Shown piece after piece: positions 51,429-63,277 of a stretch of 64,000 nucleotides of DNA. Position 1 is the stretch's first letter; the number at the start of each line of letters is the position of its first letter. A model generated the notes under the pieces. It saw only the letters and a list, made by a program, of their open reading frames with translations, searched no databases and was not told where the DNA came from. The translations under genes and the position numbers were made by a program. Location of the stretch: assembly GCF_001194135.2 (NCBI RefSeq), contig NC_068988.1, positions 93,203,705-93,267,704 of the forward strand, read 5' to 3'. The stretch is from Octopus bimaculoides. Taxonomy: Eukaryota.

Positions 51429-51599
51429 AATGTAAACAGAAGGATGGATGCTTCTGATTTTGACGAACAACTACGCCAACAAGAACTTGAAAAAGAAGGG
51501 AAATTTGAACCTCAAGAAAGTTCTTCTGCAATTACTTATACAGACAAAGATGGGACCGTGTATGAATGGGATTTTAAACAAAAAGTGTATGTGCCTAAG
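51429..51599 (+). CDS. HTATSF1: HTATSF1 exon (NVNRR-MDASDFDEQLRQQEL...YEWDFKQKVYVPK); alternative in-frame ATG at 51444
   Basis: Polypyrimidine/ctag acceptor and AAG|gtaagt donor. FDEQLR and YEWD..K...PK match the Tat-SF1 N-terminus. Confidence 0.92.
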
Positions 51600-51986
51600 G
51601 TAAGTACTGCTGTCTTTCTTCATCACCACCATCATCATCATCATCATTTAATGTTCATTGTCCATGCTGGCATGGCCTGAACAGTTTGACCTGGGATGGC
51701 TGCACTAGACTCCAGTCTGATTTGGCATGGTTTCTACCACTCGATGTCTTCCCTAACGCCAACCACTCCAAGTGTGTAATGGGTGCTTTTATGTGCCACA
51801 GGCACAGGTGCCATTTGCATGACACCAGTATTTGCCATGACTGTGATTTTACTTAGCTTGATGGGTCTTCTTCTCAAGCACGACATAATGCCAAAGGTTT
51901 CGGTCATTGCCTCCGTGAGGCCCAACACTCAAAAGGAGCTTTCCATGTGCCACCGGCATTGACCACTTTGCCTCGTGTTTGTCTAA

Positions 51987-52209
51987 CCCTTCATCATTCA
52001 GATTTCTCTGTCAAATGCAATACTTATTTATCCACATTGTTTTTAATTAATAATCAAGCATTGTCTCATTACTTTGAGATTTCAGTGATTTGATTGTTTA
52101 TTTCTAGAATGGTATTGTAGGGTAGGTGTGAGAGGCTGGATCTGGCTGGTTTTAACAAAGAACAGGCAGAATATATTGGCTGGGTGTGGCTGGTTTAAAT
52201 GTTAAAGGG
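51987..52209. mobile_element. piggyBac-like MITE, second family (related copies at about 36960-37133 in opposite orientation and about 52375-52545, partial)
   Basis: (C)TAA-CCCTT...AAAGGG-TTAA ends. The interior ATGGTATTGTAGGGTAGGTGTGAGAGGCTGGATCTGG is shared with the other copies. Confidence 0.65.
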
Positions 52210-52662
52210 TTAAACAAATTACTTTAACGAACTTTGTTGCTATATTTGCAGTGATCTCCCTCCCCATCTCTCTCCTTCCCACCTTACACTCGCCCACCCC
52301 CATCAACTAATCACATGGAGGCATTACAGACAGGCTAAGTAACAGAGGAACGAGCTGGATTATTATATAAGATTGTCTTGAATTAACCATGCATTCTCTC
52401 ATAGCTTTGAAATGATTGGTTCAGTAGTTTATTTTCCAAATGACATTGAAGGGTATGTGTGAGAGGTTAGATCTGGCCGGTTTGAACATAAAACAAGTAG
52501 GGTACATGGACTGGATGTGGCCAGTTTAAATGGTAAATGGCTTAACAAGTACAAGACAAAAAAAAATACAAATATAAACCCTGCAGTAATAAGTTGTTTT
52601 GCCATCCTTCTTGAAATTTGGTAATCAAGGCTGCTTACATAAATGCGTGACTCTCATTTCAG

Positions 52663-52855
52663 ATTGATGAGGATTTCATTGCTCAGTATCAGATGAATTA
52701 TGGTGTTGCTGATGCTGCGAATGTTACAAACAATAGTACTGCTGATATTGAATATAACCAAGAGCCTCCCAAACCAGTCTCCTATAGCGATGAACAGAAC
52801 AAACCCAGTGATACCAGTGCCAAGTATAAACCAGCGCAAAAATCAGAAGATCCTG
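52663..52855 (+). CDS. HTATSF1: HTATSF1 exon (IDEDFIAQYQMNYG...KSEDP)
   Basis: tttcag acceptor, G|gtaag donor, 193 nt (phase 0 to 1). The I.EDFIA.YQ.NYG motif is typical of Tat-SF1. Confidence 0.93.
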
Positions 52856-54868
52856 GTAAGGAACTTTAATTATATGTAATATTCTTTTCTACTCTAAGCA
52901 CAACACCTGAAATGTTTGGGGGGGGGCAGTTAGATTGACCACAGTATGCAGCTGGTACTTAATTTATTGACCCTGAAAGGTTAAAAGGCAAAGTCAACCT
53001 CGGTAGAATTTGAACTCGAAACGTAGAGACAGACGAAACGCCGCTAATCATTTCGCCTGGCGTGCTAACGTTTCCACCAGCTTGCTGCCTTGAAGAGAAG
53101 AAATTCTTTTCTACCCTGGGCACAAGGCCCGAGATTTTTGGGGAGGGGGCCAGTCGATTAGATCGACCCCAGTACGCAACTGGTACTTAATCTATCGACC
53201 CTGAAAGGATGAAAGGCAAAGTCAACCTCGGCAATGATGATATCCTAGACTAAAGCAATGTACATTTTCATTGAGCCTGATCAAAGAAGACTTTCTTTAG
53301 TATTGCCTAACAGACTAATTATTTTTGACCTTTGCTGTCTTGAAAATGAACTTGATGGATATCATCATCATCACCACCATGAGTGTACTGGGTGCTTTTT
53401 TATGTGGTGCCAGTATGGAAGCCTGTTACTTGCCACTAGCATGGGATGGATGCCTTTTACGTGATGCCAGCATCAGTGCCTTTTATGTAGCTCCATCATG
53501 GGTGCATTTTTCTGAATTCTTTGCACATAGAGAAAAGTTAGGATGGTCAAGTATGGACTTCATTTGATCACAAGTTTTTCACCTCTCTTGGAACCTGCTC
53601 CTCGTGTGTTCCGAAGTATATTATGGACCATGTTTTTAATAGAATGTGCATTTCTGGGTTAGCCCGATGACTAGTAATAGACTTGGTAAGGTTCAATTAA
53701 TTGTATGCATAACTTGAATATCTTTCTGTCTGTACTTTGGCACCAGCCATTGTATTCGCCTATAAATGCTGTGTATGCATCTAAATTTTTTATGTTTACC
53801 AATTGACTGAATCTAAGACTGGGTTGAAACAGGAATAACTGCATTGTAGTCGTCTTGATAATAACTTGTATGATGTACTTAAATAAAATATTGCTTAGAG
53901 ATGTAAGAATTTCTAGAACTTTAGGGGGCAACCTTCAACTTTTTTAACCCAATATTTACATACATGCTAAAACAAAAAGAATTCTTTAGAGAATTTTTGC
54001 TATAATTTTTTATTTTAATTATACTTTGAAAGATCCAACAGATTTTTATGACGTCATTAACTTAGTCATAGAATTATCTCCCTTGTATTGGTGTACTGAC
54101 ATCTTGAACCGATTATTTCCCTTATTATTCTTGTCTAACGTTGTCTTTTGACTTGTCACTAGGCTACGTTTCTGTAGTTCTTATATATAAATAATACATG
54201 GAAAATGCATTAAATACTAAAAACCGTACACATAGGACAAACTCGGAAGGACTCTAATTCTTCATCAGTTATCGACCGAAATACTAATTTCACAGTTTCA
54301 TGCCTATATTCTTCTAACTACTTTTATTCTACTCCTTTATTCTTATATTTTATTCGTAATAAACTGTGAATTTTATCCCTTGTAAACTGTAAATTTTTCC
54401 TGTCTAAAATATTCATACCTTGTCTCTGATGATAGAATAACCAGTGCATGGACATGCTAACTCAAATTCACTAACTTCAAATTAAGTTTACTCGTTTTGC
54501 CTCGGTTTTCCAATGAGTTGTACTCTACTGCTCTCACAAACGAGAATACTAAAAACGAAAAATAACAGGAAAAATAATCCAGAATCCTTGTCCGGTACTG
54601 GATCGATCCCCACATGGACAAACATCCCTGAAAGCTTCATCCAAATCCATCCGGCAGCTCTTGAGATATCTTGTCCACAGACACAAACATGACTGAAAAC
54701 AATATTTTCTAGTTTTACTTGTTCTTATGTTAATATTCTGTCGTAGTCTTTGACTTGGCCTAAAACGACCATTTCCAAACATAACAGTCTTTATTAAAAA
54801 AAACAAAAACCCAGTTTTTTTCTCACCTTTTTCTCATTTTAGTTATTTTTTGTGGGTTTTCTTTTTAG

Positions 54869-55071
54869 GTTGGTTCCATGTTGATGATAAACACAATCTG
54901 AATGTTTATGTGTCTGGGCTTCCGCTTGACATCACAGATGAAGAATTCCTGTCAATAATGAAAAAGTGTGGTCTTATCATGCATGACCCGATGAAGAGGG
55001 CAGCAAAAATCAAACTCTATAAAGATGACAATGGTCAACCGAAAGGGGACGGACTATGTTGTTATATCAAG
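54869..55071 (+). CDS. HTATSF1: HTATSF1 exon, RRM1 N-terminal part (GWFHVDDKHNLNVYVSGLPLDIT...KGDGLCCYIK)
   Basis: ttttag acceptor, AAG|gtgaat donor, phase 1 to 0. Contains RNP2 VYVSGL and RNP1 KGDGLCCY. Confidence 0.96.
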
Positions 55072-55899
55072 GTGAATAATTTCTCTTTTATTTTTCATTT
55101 GTTTCAGTCATTAGACCTCAGCCATGCTGGAGCACTGCCTTCAAGAATTTTTTGTCAGATGAAGCAACTCCTGCTCCTCCTCCTCCTCATCATCACCATC
55201 ACCATCACCATCATCGTTTAATGCCTGCTTTCCCTGCTGGCATGGGTTGGACGTTTTGACTGAAAACTGGTCAGCCAGGGGGCTGCATCAGGTCCTGATC
55301 TGATTTGGCAAGGTACCTACGGCTGGATGCTCTTCCTAACGCCAACCACCCTGAGAGTGTAGTGGGTGTTTTGTTATGTGCCACTAGCCTGGATGCCGAT
55401 GGCCTGGCACAGGTATTGGTCATGACTATGGTCTCACTTGGCTTGACAGGTCTTCACAAGCACAGTATACTGCCAAAGCCTTGGTCACCCATCACTGCCT
55501 CCATGAGGCCCAATGCTCAAATGGTGTTTTTCACGTGCCAGGCAGACAACATTGGCATCGGCCATGACTACGATTTCACTCAGTTCAACAGGTCTTCACA
55601 AGCACAGCATATCGCCCGATAATTGACGGGTGGTTTTAATGGGCCAGTTACACGACACTGGCATCAGCCATAACTATGATCTCACTTGGCTTGACGAGTC
55701 TTCTCAAACACAGCATATTTCCAATGGTCTCGGTTGCTTGTCATTGAGGCCCAACATTTGAAGATTGTGCTTCACCCCTTCGTCCCATGTCTTCCTGGGT
55801 TTACCCCTTCCACGGGTTCCTTCCTCCTCCGGTTGAGAATTACCTTAACATGGATTCATCAATACAAATTGATTAATTCTGAAAGTTTTCCTATTTCAG

Positions 55900-56069
55900 C
55901 CGGAGTCTGTGAGCCTAGCGCTGCAGATCTTGGATGGTTATGATGTACGAGGGAAAAAGATCAAAGTAGAGATGGCAAAATTTGAAATGAAAGGTAAATT
56001 TGATCCATCAAAAAAAAAACGAAAGTTAACGAACAAAGAGAAAAAGAAATTCAAAGAGAAACAAGAAAA
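55900..56069 (+). CDS. HTATSF1: HTATSF1 exon, end of RRM1 and Lys-rich linker (PESVSLALQILDGYDVRG...AKFEMKGKFDPSKKKRK...EKQE)
   Basis: tttcag acceptor, AA|gtaagt donor, phase 0 to 2. Matches the Tat-SF1 ESV.LAL..LD...RG...VE.AKF..KG..D pattern. Confidence 0.95.
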
Positions 56070-56909
56070 GTAAGTCTCATATTTTAACTTAATTCGCCTT
56101 AATTAGTTTTTATGTAACAAAAAAAGTTAATGAATGAAATAGTTTTTTAACATTCACTTTTCCAAAAGTTGCATGGGTTGGACAGAGTTTGTTGAGGCAG
56201 ATTTTCTACAGCTGGGTATCCTTCCTGACACCTACCCTCACCTGTTGCTATAAATGTTAATATTTCCCCATGGTTGTGAGCTGGCTGAATCATTAGCATG
56301 CTGGGCAAAATGCTTAGCAGCATTTCGTCCATCTTTACATTCTGAGTTCAAATTCCACCGAGGTTGACTTTGCCTTTGATCCATTTGGGGTCCATAAAAT
56401 AAGTACCAGTTAAATACTGGGGTTGATGCAATCGACTTATATCCTCCCTTAAAATTGCTGGCCTTGTGCTAAAATTTGAAATCAATATTTCCCCGTGGTC
56501 GGACATGTTTTCACATTTTGTAAATGAACGACACTGCTTCTATGACAGTGACACTCGTTTACAACTATCAGGCAATTGCAAGACAAGGAGATACAAACAC
56601 ACCACTCACACCATATATACATATAAACACAGACTCTTACGCAATGTACACATAAATATGAAGGGCTCCTTTCAGTTTCCGTGTGCCATATCTACTCTTG
56701 AGGCTTTGGTTGGCTTCAGACTCTACTGGAAACCACTTCCTCAGAATTTCACACAGAGGAACCAAATCTGAAACCAGGTGGTTGTGAAGCAAACTTCATC
56801 TCTACACAACCACACTTGGAATTTTTTCATATATTGTCATATATTGATTGCATATTTAATTGATTGCTTTTAAGAAAAAAATCTAACAATTGTTTTTTTT
56901 TTCCTCTAG

Positions 56910-57006
56910 GTTGTTTGACTGGCGCCCAGAACCACTGCGTGGTATGAGATTCAAACGGGAAAAAACTGTCATTCTACAAAACATGTTTGAACCTAAAGAA
57001 TTTGAG
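56910..57006 (+). CDS. HTATSF1: HTATSF1 exon, start of RRM2/UHM (LFDWRPEPLRGMRFKREKTVILQNMFEPKEFE); gene continues beyond the window
   Basis: cctctag acceptor, GAG|gttagt donor, phase 2 to 0. Carries the DWRP and V..NMF.P.F motifs. I found no exon for the rest of RRM2 before 64000. Confidence 0.94.
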
Positions 57007-57027
57007 GTTAGTAAATAATATATTTTG

Positions 57028-57310
57028 TACACTTCTATATTTATAAGAGATGAGGAATTATGTACATTATTTACATTATTTACCTTGGGCAAATGTCTTT
57101 TACTATAGCCTCAAGCTGAACAAAGCTTTCTGAGTGGATTGGGTAGATGGAAATAATGGAAATAATTATGTACATTATTTACATTCGACGGATATTTGTC
57201 CTTATCGTGTTTGTTGTTAACACAACATTTCGGCTGATATACCCTCCAGCCTTCATCAGGTGTCTTGAGGAAATTTCGAACCTGGGTTCTCATTCCTAAG
57301 GTATTTTTCG
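57028..57310 (-). mobile_element. Hammerhead element body and tail (headless), with a SINE fragment inserted at about 57083-57155
   Basis: Same tail and body consensus as the 19.8-19.97 kb copy. Begins about 20 nt after the exon donor at 57007. Confidence 0.75.
57219..57264 (-). ncRNA. Minimal hammerhead ribozyme motif, copy 3 (antisense in the intron after the 56910-57006 exon)
   Basis: Reverse complement GACAC CTGATGA A GGCTG GAGGGTATAT CAGCC GAAA TG TT GTGTT. Cores and helices I/II intact; the ACGT palindrome is changed to ATGT (CpG decay). Confidence 0.68.
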
Positions 57311-58226
57311 TCATCGTTGTTGTTGTTGCTGTTGCTGTTGCTGCACATAATAAACTAGCCGATCAAATGTTTTGGCAATGATGGAATATATAAGCCACCA
57401 GGGTCACAAGGTGTGCCACATCATTCTATGTATCTAGGAGCAAGCAGTTGGCTAAGTACCTTGAGGGTTTGCCTTGTGATGCTTCTTCGCCACCATTTTC
57501 TTTCTTGCCTCTCCAGCTGGAGAGTAAGCCATGTCCGGAAAATTCGTTGTAAGAAATTTCGCTGTATAGGAAAATTTGTCCTAAGACTAGTTCAACGTAT
57601 GGACAATGATTTAGTATAATATATCATCATCATCATCATCCTTTAATGCCTGTTTTCCCTGCTAGTATGGGTTGGATGGTTTGACCAGAGCTGGTGAGCA
57701 GGAGAACTGCACCAGTGGAAGAGGTAGACCCAGGAAGACCTGGGATGAAGTGGTGAAGCATGCCCTTCGAACGTTGGGCCTAAATGAGGTGATGACAACT
57801 GACCGAGACCTTTGGAGATATGCTGTGCTTGAGAAGACCCGGCAAACCAAGTGAGACCTTAGCTGTGGCCTATGCCAGAGCAGCATAACCGGCCCTTGTA
57901 AGAGTACCTTTCAATCATTGGGCAATAAACTGTGCTTGTGAAGACCTGTTGAGGCAAGTGAAATTGTTGTCATGGCCGATGACAGTACTGCCTGATTGGC
58001 ACCTGTGCTGAGTGTGGTTGATGCCAGTGCCGCCTGACTGGCCCTCGTGCTGGTGGCACACAAAAAGCACCCGCTACACTCTCGGAGTAGTTGGCATTAG
58101 GAAGGGCAGCCAGTTGTAGAAATCATGAAAGCCCTGACAGTAGAACTTGGCAGCAATCTTCTGACTTCGTAGTTCCTGTCAGATTGTCCAGCTCATGCCA
58201 GCATGGAAAACAGACGTTAAATGATG

Positions 58227-58283
<57 letters not shown>

Positions 58284-58284
<1 letters not shown>

Positions 58285-58515
58285 GGCGGTGAGCTGGCAG
58301 AATCGTTAGCCCGCCGGGTGAAATGCTCAGCGGTATTTCGTCTGCCATTACATTATGAGTTCAAATTCCGCCTAGGTCAGCTTTGCTTTTCATCCTTTCA
58401 GGGTCGATTAAATAAGCACGAGTTACATACTGGGGTCAATGTAATCGACTTAATCCCTTTGTCTGTCCTTGTTTGTCCTCTCTATGTTTAGCCCCTTGTG
58501 GGCAATAATAAAATA
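58284..58515 (+). mobile_element. tRNA-derived SINE, family C (others at about 9270-9475 -, 20020-20440 -, 23330-23520 +, 23860-24085 -, 44060-44270 +, 52940-53230 -, 56275-56480 +)
   Basis: GGCGGTGAGCTGGCAGAATCGTTAG head, GAGTTCAAATTCC B box, body CTTTCATCCTTTCGGGGTCGATTAAATAAGTACCAGTT..CTGGGGTCGATGTAATCGAC. Confidence 0.8.
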
Positions 58516-60572
58516 AATATAATGTATGCATGCATGTCTTTGTGATTGTTTTATGCCACCCTTTGACAACTGGTGTTGGTTTGTTTACCTCATCATAACT
58601 TAGCTCTTTGGCAAAAGAGACTGATAGAGTAAGTACCAGATTTTAAAAATATGAATATGGGTGGGGGTCGATTTGTCTGACTAAACTCTTGGAGTGGTGC
58701 CCCAGCATGGCCACAGTCCAGTGACTGAAGCTAGTAAATTGTAAAGATAATAAAATACTGGAAAAAAAAAACAAAAAAGAAAAAAATATTAAGAAAAACC
58801 CACAACCAAACTTCAAAATTGTTTTGTGGAACGTTGACCTGGTCCATGTCACTGACTCCTAAATATAAACTGTTTCTGCATAAATATTGTGTTAGTATTT
58901 CACTGTTTATAATTACATATGGATCTAAATAGTGATGTTTACAATATTGGAGAGACGACCTGGGGAAGTGAAGGGAGTAGACACAGAAACGATAGACTTG
59001 GCCACCAGACGCTGAAAGCTTTTAACAGTATTTCATTTTTGCTCTGCTTTGTTTGAAGGTGGTGGTCATGTGATGGCGGGGGGGGGGGGTTGCTAACTTT
59101 ACCTTTGGTTCTTTGAAGGCAGTGAATGGTAGAAGGTGAAGTGCTGTAAATGGAATAAACACTCCACCAAAAAACGTACATCGGTACTTTTTCTTTATTT
59201 TATTCATTTATGATATTTGGGGGACCAAAGCGTTATTAGTTACAGATATTCCAGTGGAACAATGTACCCCTCCCCCATTATCATCATCATCATCACCATC
59301 ATCTGTATTATCATTATTTAATGTCAAGTTTTCCCTGCTGGTATGGGTTGGACAGTTTGAAAGGAACTGACAAGGCTGGGAGCAGAACCAAGCTGCATTC
59401 TCTGTTTTAGCATGGTTTCTATGGCCAGAATGTCTTTCCTAATGCTAACCACAGTACAGAGTGTACTGGGTGCTTTTTACATGGCACATCACTGACAGGG
59501 TCACCAGGTACTTTGCATGACAAAAACAAAAGACAAAAAAAAAAGGCAAAACCTTTATACACACACACACAAACACACAGACAAACTGAGGTAACAAAGC
59601 CAGGCTGTGAGTAGCTTTCAGGACATTTATGAGGAAAAAGATATAGATGTAGTCTTACAGCTGTTTCTGAGATATTATGGATATCCCTTCATCAGAGACG
59701 ATGTGAGATGGTTAAATAGAGGGAAATATTTCCCAAGCAGGCCGTTCCATTGACCAGATCAACTGGAACCCTTGTCGTCATAATCGATGGAGTGCCAGTT
59801 ATTTCATCACCATGCTGTCTGCTACCCTTCCAAGAGCTTGTTTCATTCACAGAAATGATTTGTGGTTTATAGCAGATAATTATTCCTAAAGAATTCTCAG
59901 CTGTTGCATGTTATGAATCCCAAATGGTTTTAAGAAAAAAAAACAAAAAAGCTTAGTGTCTGGAAATATATTATTCAAGTTTATAGATTTTAGCTAATTT
60001 TTTTTTTTTTTTTTTTTTTTTTATAAAATATTGCTATATTTAGGTTGGTTTTTCACATTCTTTAGTTGTGGTAAAGAATGTTTTCATATTTTCAGCTAAG
60101 CTGTTTTCTTTTTCATTTCTTTTTTCTTTTGTTTTTAATTTCTATTTCTTTATGTAAACACAGATCTTTTGTGCAAGTGATAACAAATATTCTCCCGGCT
60201 ATTAAGGGCATTTATAGACTATCAATTACTCTGTTTGTCTACTTTGTGGGCTATAAAGACCAAGAGATGTTTATTCGAGTTTGAACAAGGTTCCATCTCT
60301 TCTTACACTGTCATGGTGTTACTGTCTGACAGATGCCCTCTTATTGAATAGTTGGCTGCTGGTATTGTCAACTTTATCCATAGCACCAAACACTTTCTAC
60401 ACACTGCAAGTTTGGAAACCCAAGAACTTGTTTTATCAACATTTTCTCATATTATTGCATCTTCCTGCAACTAAATCATTCTCTGTTATTACTATTTTTA
60501 GTGTTTACAAATACTCTTTTGTTGCAGTTATTTGAAAGTGGAATATGGTCAAAGAACATTCCAATTTGTGCT

Positions 60573-60603
<31 letters not shown>

Positions 60604-61090
60604 AGAGTTATTTGTTATTTCCTTGAAATAATTTCATTTATTGACTTGGCAGAAATGGTAGAACTCTGGGCTAAATGTCTTAAAGTGTTAGGTTTCATTG
60701 CTCTACATCATCAGTTTAAATTCCACTTGGGTTTAACTTTTGACTTTTGTTCTTGGGAAGACACGTGGTCTGCTGGTTAGGGCATTGTGCTCATAATCAC
60801 AAGAACATGGTTTCAATTTCCAGACCAGGCAGTATGTTGTTTTTCTTGAGCAAAACACTTCATTTCACATTACTCCTGTCCATTCAGCTGTAAATGAGTA
60901 AGCCTGTGAGCGACTGAGCGAAGTAAGCAATGTTTTGAACCATGAAGAATTTGTACCAGATTTTTGCAGAGTTTTGAATTTTTTTAGACATTTTTTTTCC
61001 AATTGTCTGATAATAAATACAGACATAGACTTGTCCAAATGTATCAATAAATTAACATTGATATTTTTTTCATCGTTGTTACAATCATCT

Positions 61091-61279
61091 GAAATTGAAC
61101 TGTCAATTTTGCTATTCAACTTCAAAAAAGGACGTAAAGCAGCTGAAACTGCTCATGATATCAATGAAACGTTTGGTAAGGAAATGACCAGTGAGTGGTC
61201 AGCTTGAAAATGGTTTAAACGACTTCGCAGTGGAGACCTGAGGCTTGAAGACTGTGAGAATAGTGGACGCCCATCTGTC
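61091..61279 (+). pseudogene. mariner transposase N-terminal HTH relic
   Basis: ILLFNFKKGRKAAETAHDINETFG...SA*KWFKRLRSGDLRLED..NSGRPS, the Mos1/Hsmar-type HTH plus GRP motif, with a premature stop. Confidence 0.85.
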
Positions 61280-61465
61280 ATCTGCTGTGATTGGCTGAAA
61301 TGAACCCTTGTACCTTATTAATGTCACAGACACCAACAGCAAAGTACTGTCCTCAAGTCCTCGCACTCAGAGGGCCAGTTACCCAGTTCTCATAGCGTAC
61401 AAATGACTGAGATCACAACATTCTCCCTCCCTCAAATTTCAGACTTTGTATCTAGAGTAGAAAGG

Positions 61466-61485
61466 ATTATCATCATCATCCTCAC

Positions 61486-61524
<39 letters not shown>

Positions 61525-61711
61525 TATTGTTCCTTCGTAACACAGTGTAGGTAAAAATGCACTGGAGTCTTTAGTCATCTGTGAAGTCACAACAAGGATC
61601 TCAGACATAATATTTTCCTTAAGATGTGCACTGTGCCCAATAAGGCTGCTTTTTGCAAGACATCAATCTTGCATGGGATTTCCAGTTGCCTTAAGAAGTA
61701 TTATTATTATT

Positions 61712-61756
<45 letters not shown>
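61466..61756. repeat. (ATC)n tract (about 61466-61525) and (AAT)n tract (about 61714-61756)
   Basis: Directly visible. Confidence 0.9.
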
Positions 61757-62916
61757 TCTAATGTGTTCGTCATGTTGCTGGGTGTGTCATTAATGCACCA
61801 GCTGTTCCTTTCTCATTGACTAAGGTGGTGTGTTCTTTTCAAGTCTTGAGGACTCTGTGGAGACTCCTTGCACTGCCAAATAATGCCGTTTTCTGGATCT
61901 ACTCTATTTCAATTTTTATGCTCCTCTTTTCCCACCATTTTTTAATCTCTTTCCTCACTGCACCCAAGGTGCCAACACTTATTGGCTCGGTACTATTACT
62001 TCATTTTCCTAACTGTTAAACAAGAAGTTGAGATACGATAGACACAAGAGGAAAGAGCTTTAGACCTCTTCAAAGCCATATCAAATCTGGTGAAATATTC
62101 TATGTTTTGACAGACGAGTGATATTGTGTTAATCAATGACAAATGAGTGATAGCATTTTAATCAATGACACTCCGAATGAAACCAATGAATGCCTTTCTT
62201 TTTCTTTTTTTTAACTCGGACAGAAATGTTTCATGCAAGACTAAAATAGTTAAACCAGGACAATGACTTCTCTTTGGCCTAATTAATTCAACAGTCATAA
62301 TTACAAAATCTGTCAAAGAATAATAATAACAATATCACTGGTCAATAGTGTCTGCTTTAGTGACACTTGTTTATCAAACATGGATCATCTTTTTTTCTAG
62401 TTGTTCGCAGTCAGGTTACATGCTTTATTCTTAATACAAATTAAAGTACTTTTTGCCCACATCAATGCTTCTCAGTCAGGGACCAAGATTTTGTTGTTAC
62501 TACACTCTCTGAGTGGTTGGCGTTCGGAAAGGCATCCAGCTGTAGAAACTCTGCCAAATCAGATTGGAGCCTGGTGTAGCCATCTGGTTCACCAGTCCTC
62601 AATCAAATCGTCCAACCCATGCTAGCATGGAAGGCGGATGTTAAACAACACACACACACACACACACACACACAGATATGTATATGCGTGTGCGCTTGTG
62701 TGTATTCTACATATAAATATAAATACTCACATATACATATGTTTACATATGCGTACACATGCACACACACACGCACACACACACACACACACACTCACCT
62801 ATCTTTAATGATAAGCTAATGTGTAGTTGCCATTTAGCTGTGATGTTAAGAAATCTCTGTTAAAACTCCAACTAATATATATATGCACACATTATATATA
62901 TGTGTGTATATATATG

Positions 62917-62954
<38 letters not shown>

Positions 62955-63240
62955 TCTATCACTGACTTTAATTAGTCACACTTGTCTTGTATGTTAGCAG
63001 ACTTCATCTGAGCAGGTCACAGATGGTTTTGCAATATGTTTGCTACCAATTGCAGGAATAGTTGAAACTTTATACAGATCTGTCTGCTTTCTGAATTTGC
63101 TGCTGCTCACCCCACTAAACAGTTAAACAAACTGATGTTTCTTATATATATGTGTGTGTGTGTATGTGAGTGTGTATGTGTGTGTGTGTAACGGTGGTGC
63201 CCCAGCATAGTCACAGCTGTCAAGCTGAAACTAGTTAAAT

Positions 63241-63277
<37 letters not shown>

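Noticed and set aside
52856-54868. Hidden exon for the basic KRK linker present before GWFHV in human Tat-SF1
   Set aside because: I found no phase 1-1 exon without stops in this intron. The direct join EDP-GWFHV is in frame, so no extra exon is needed.
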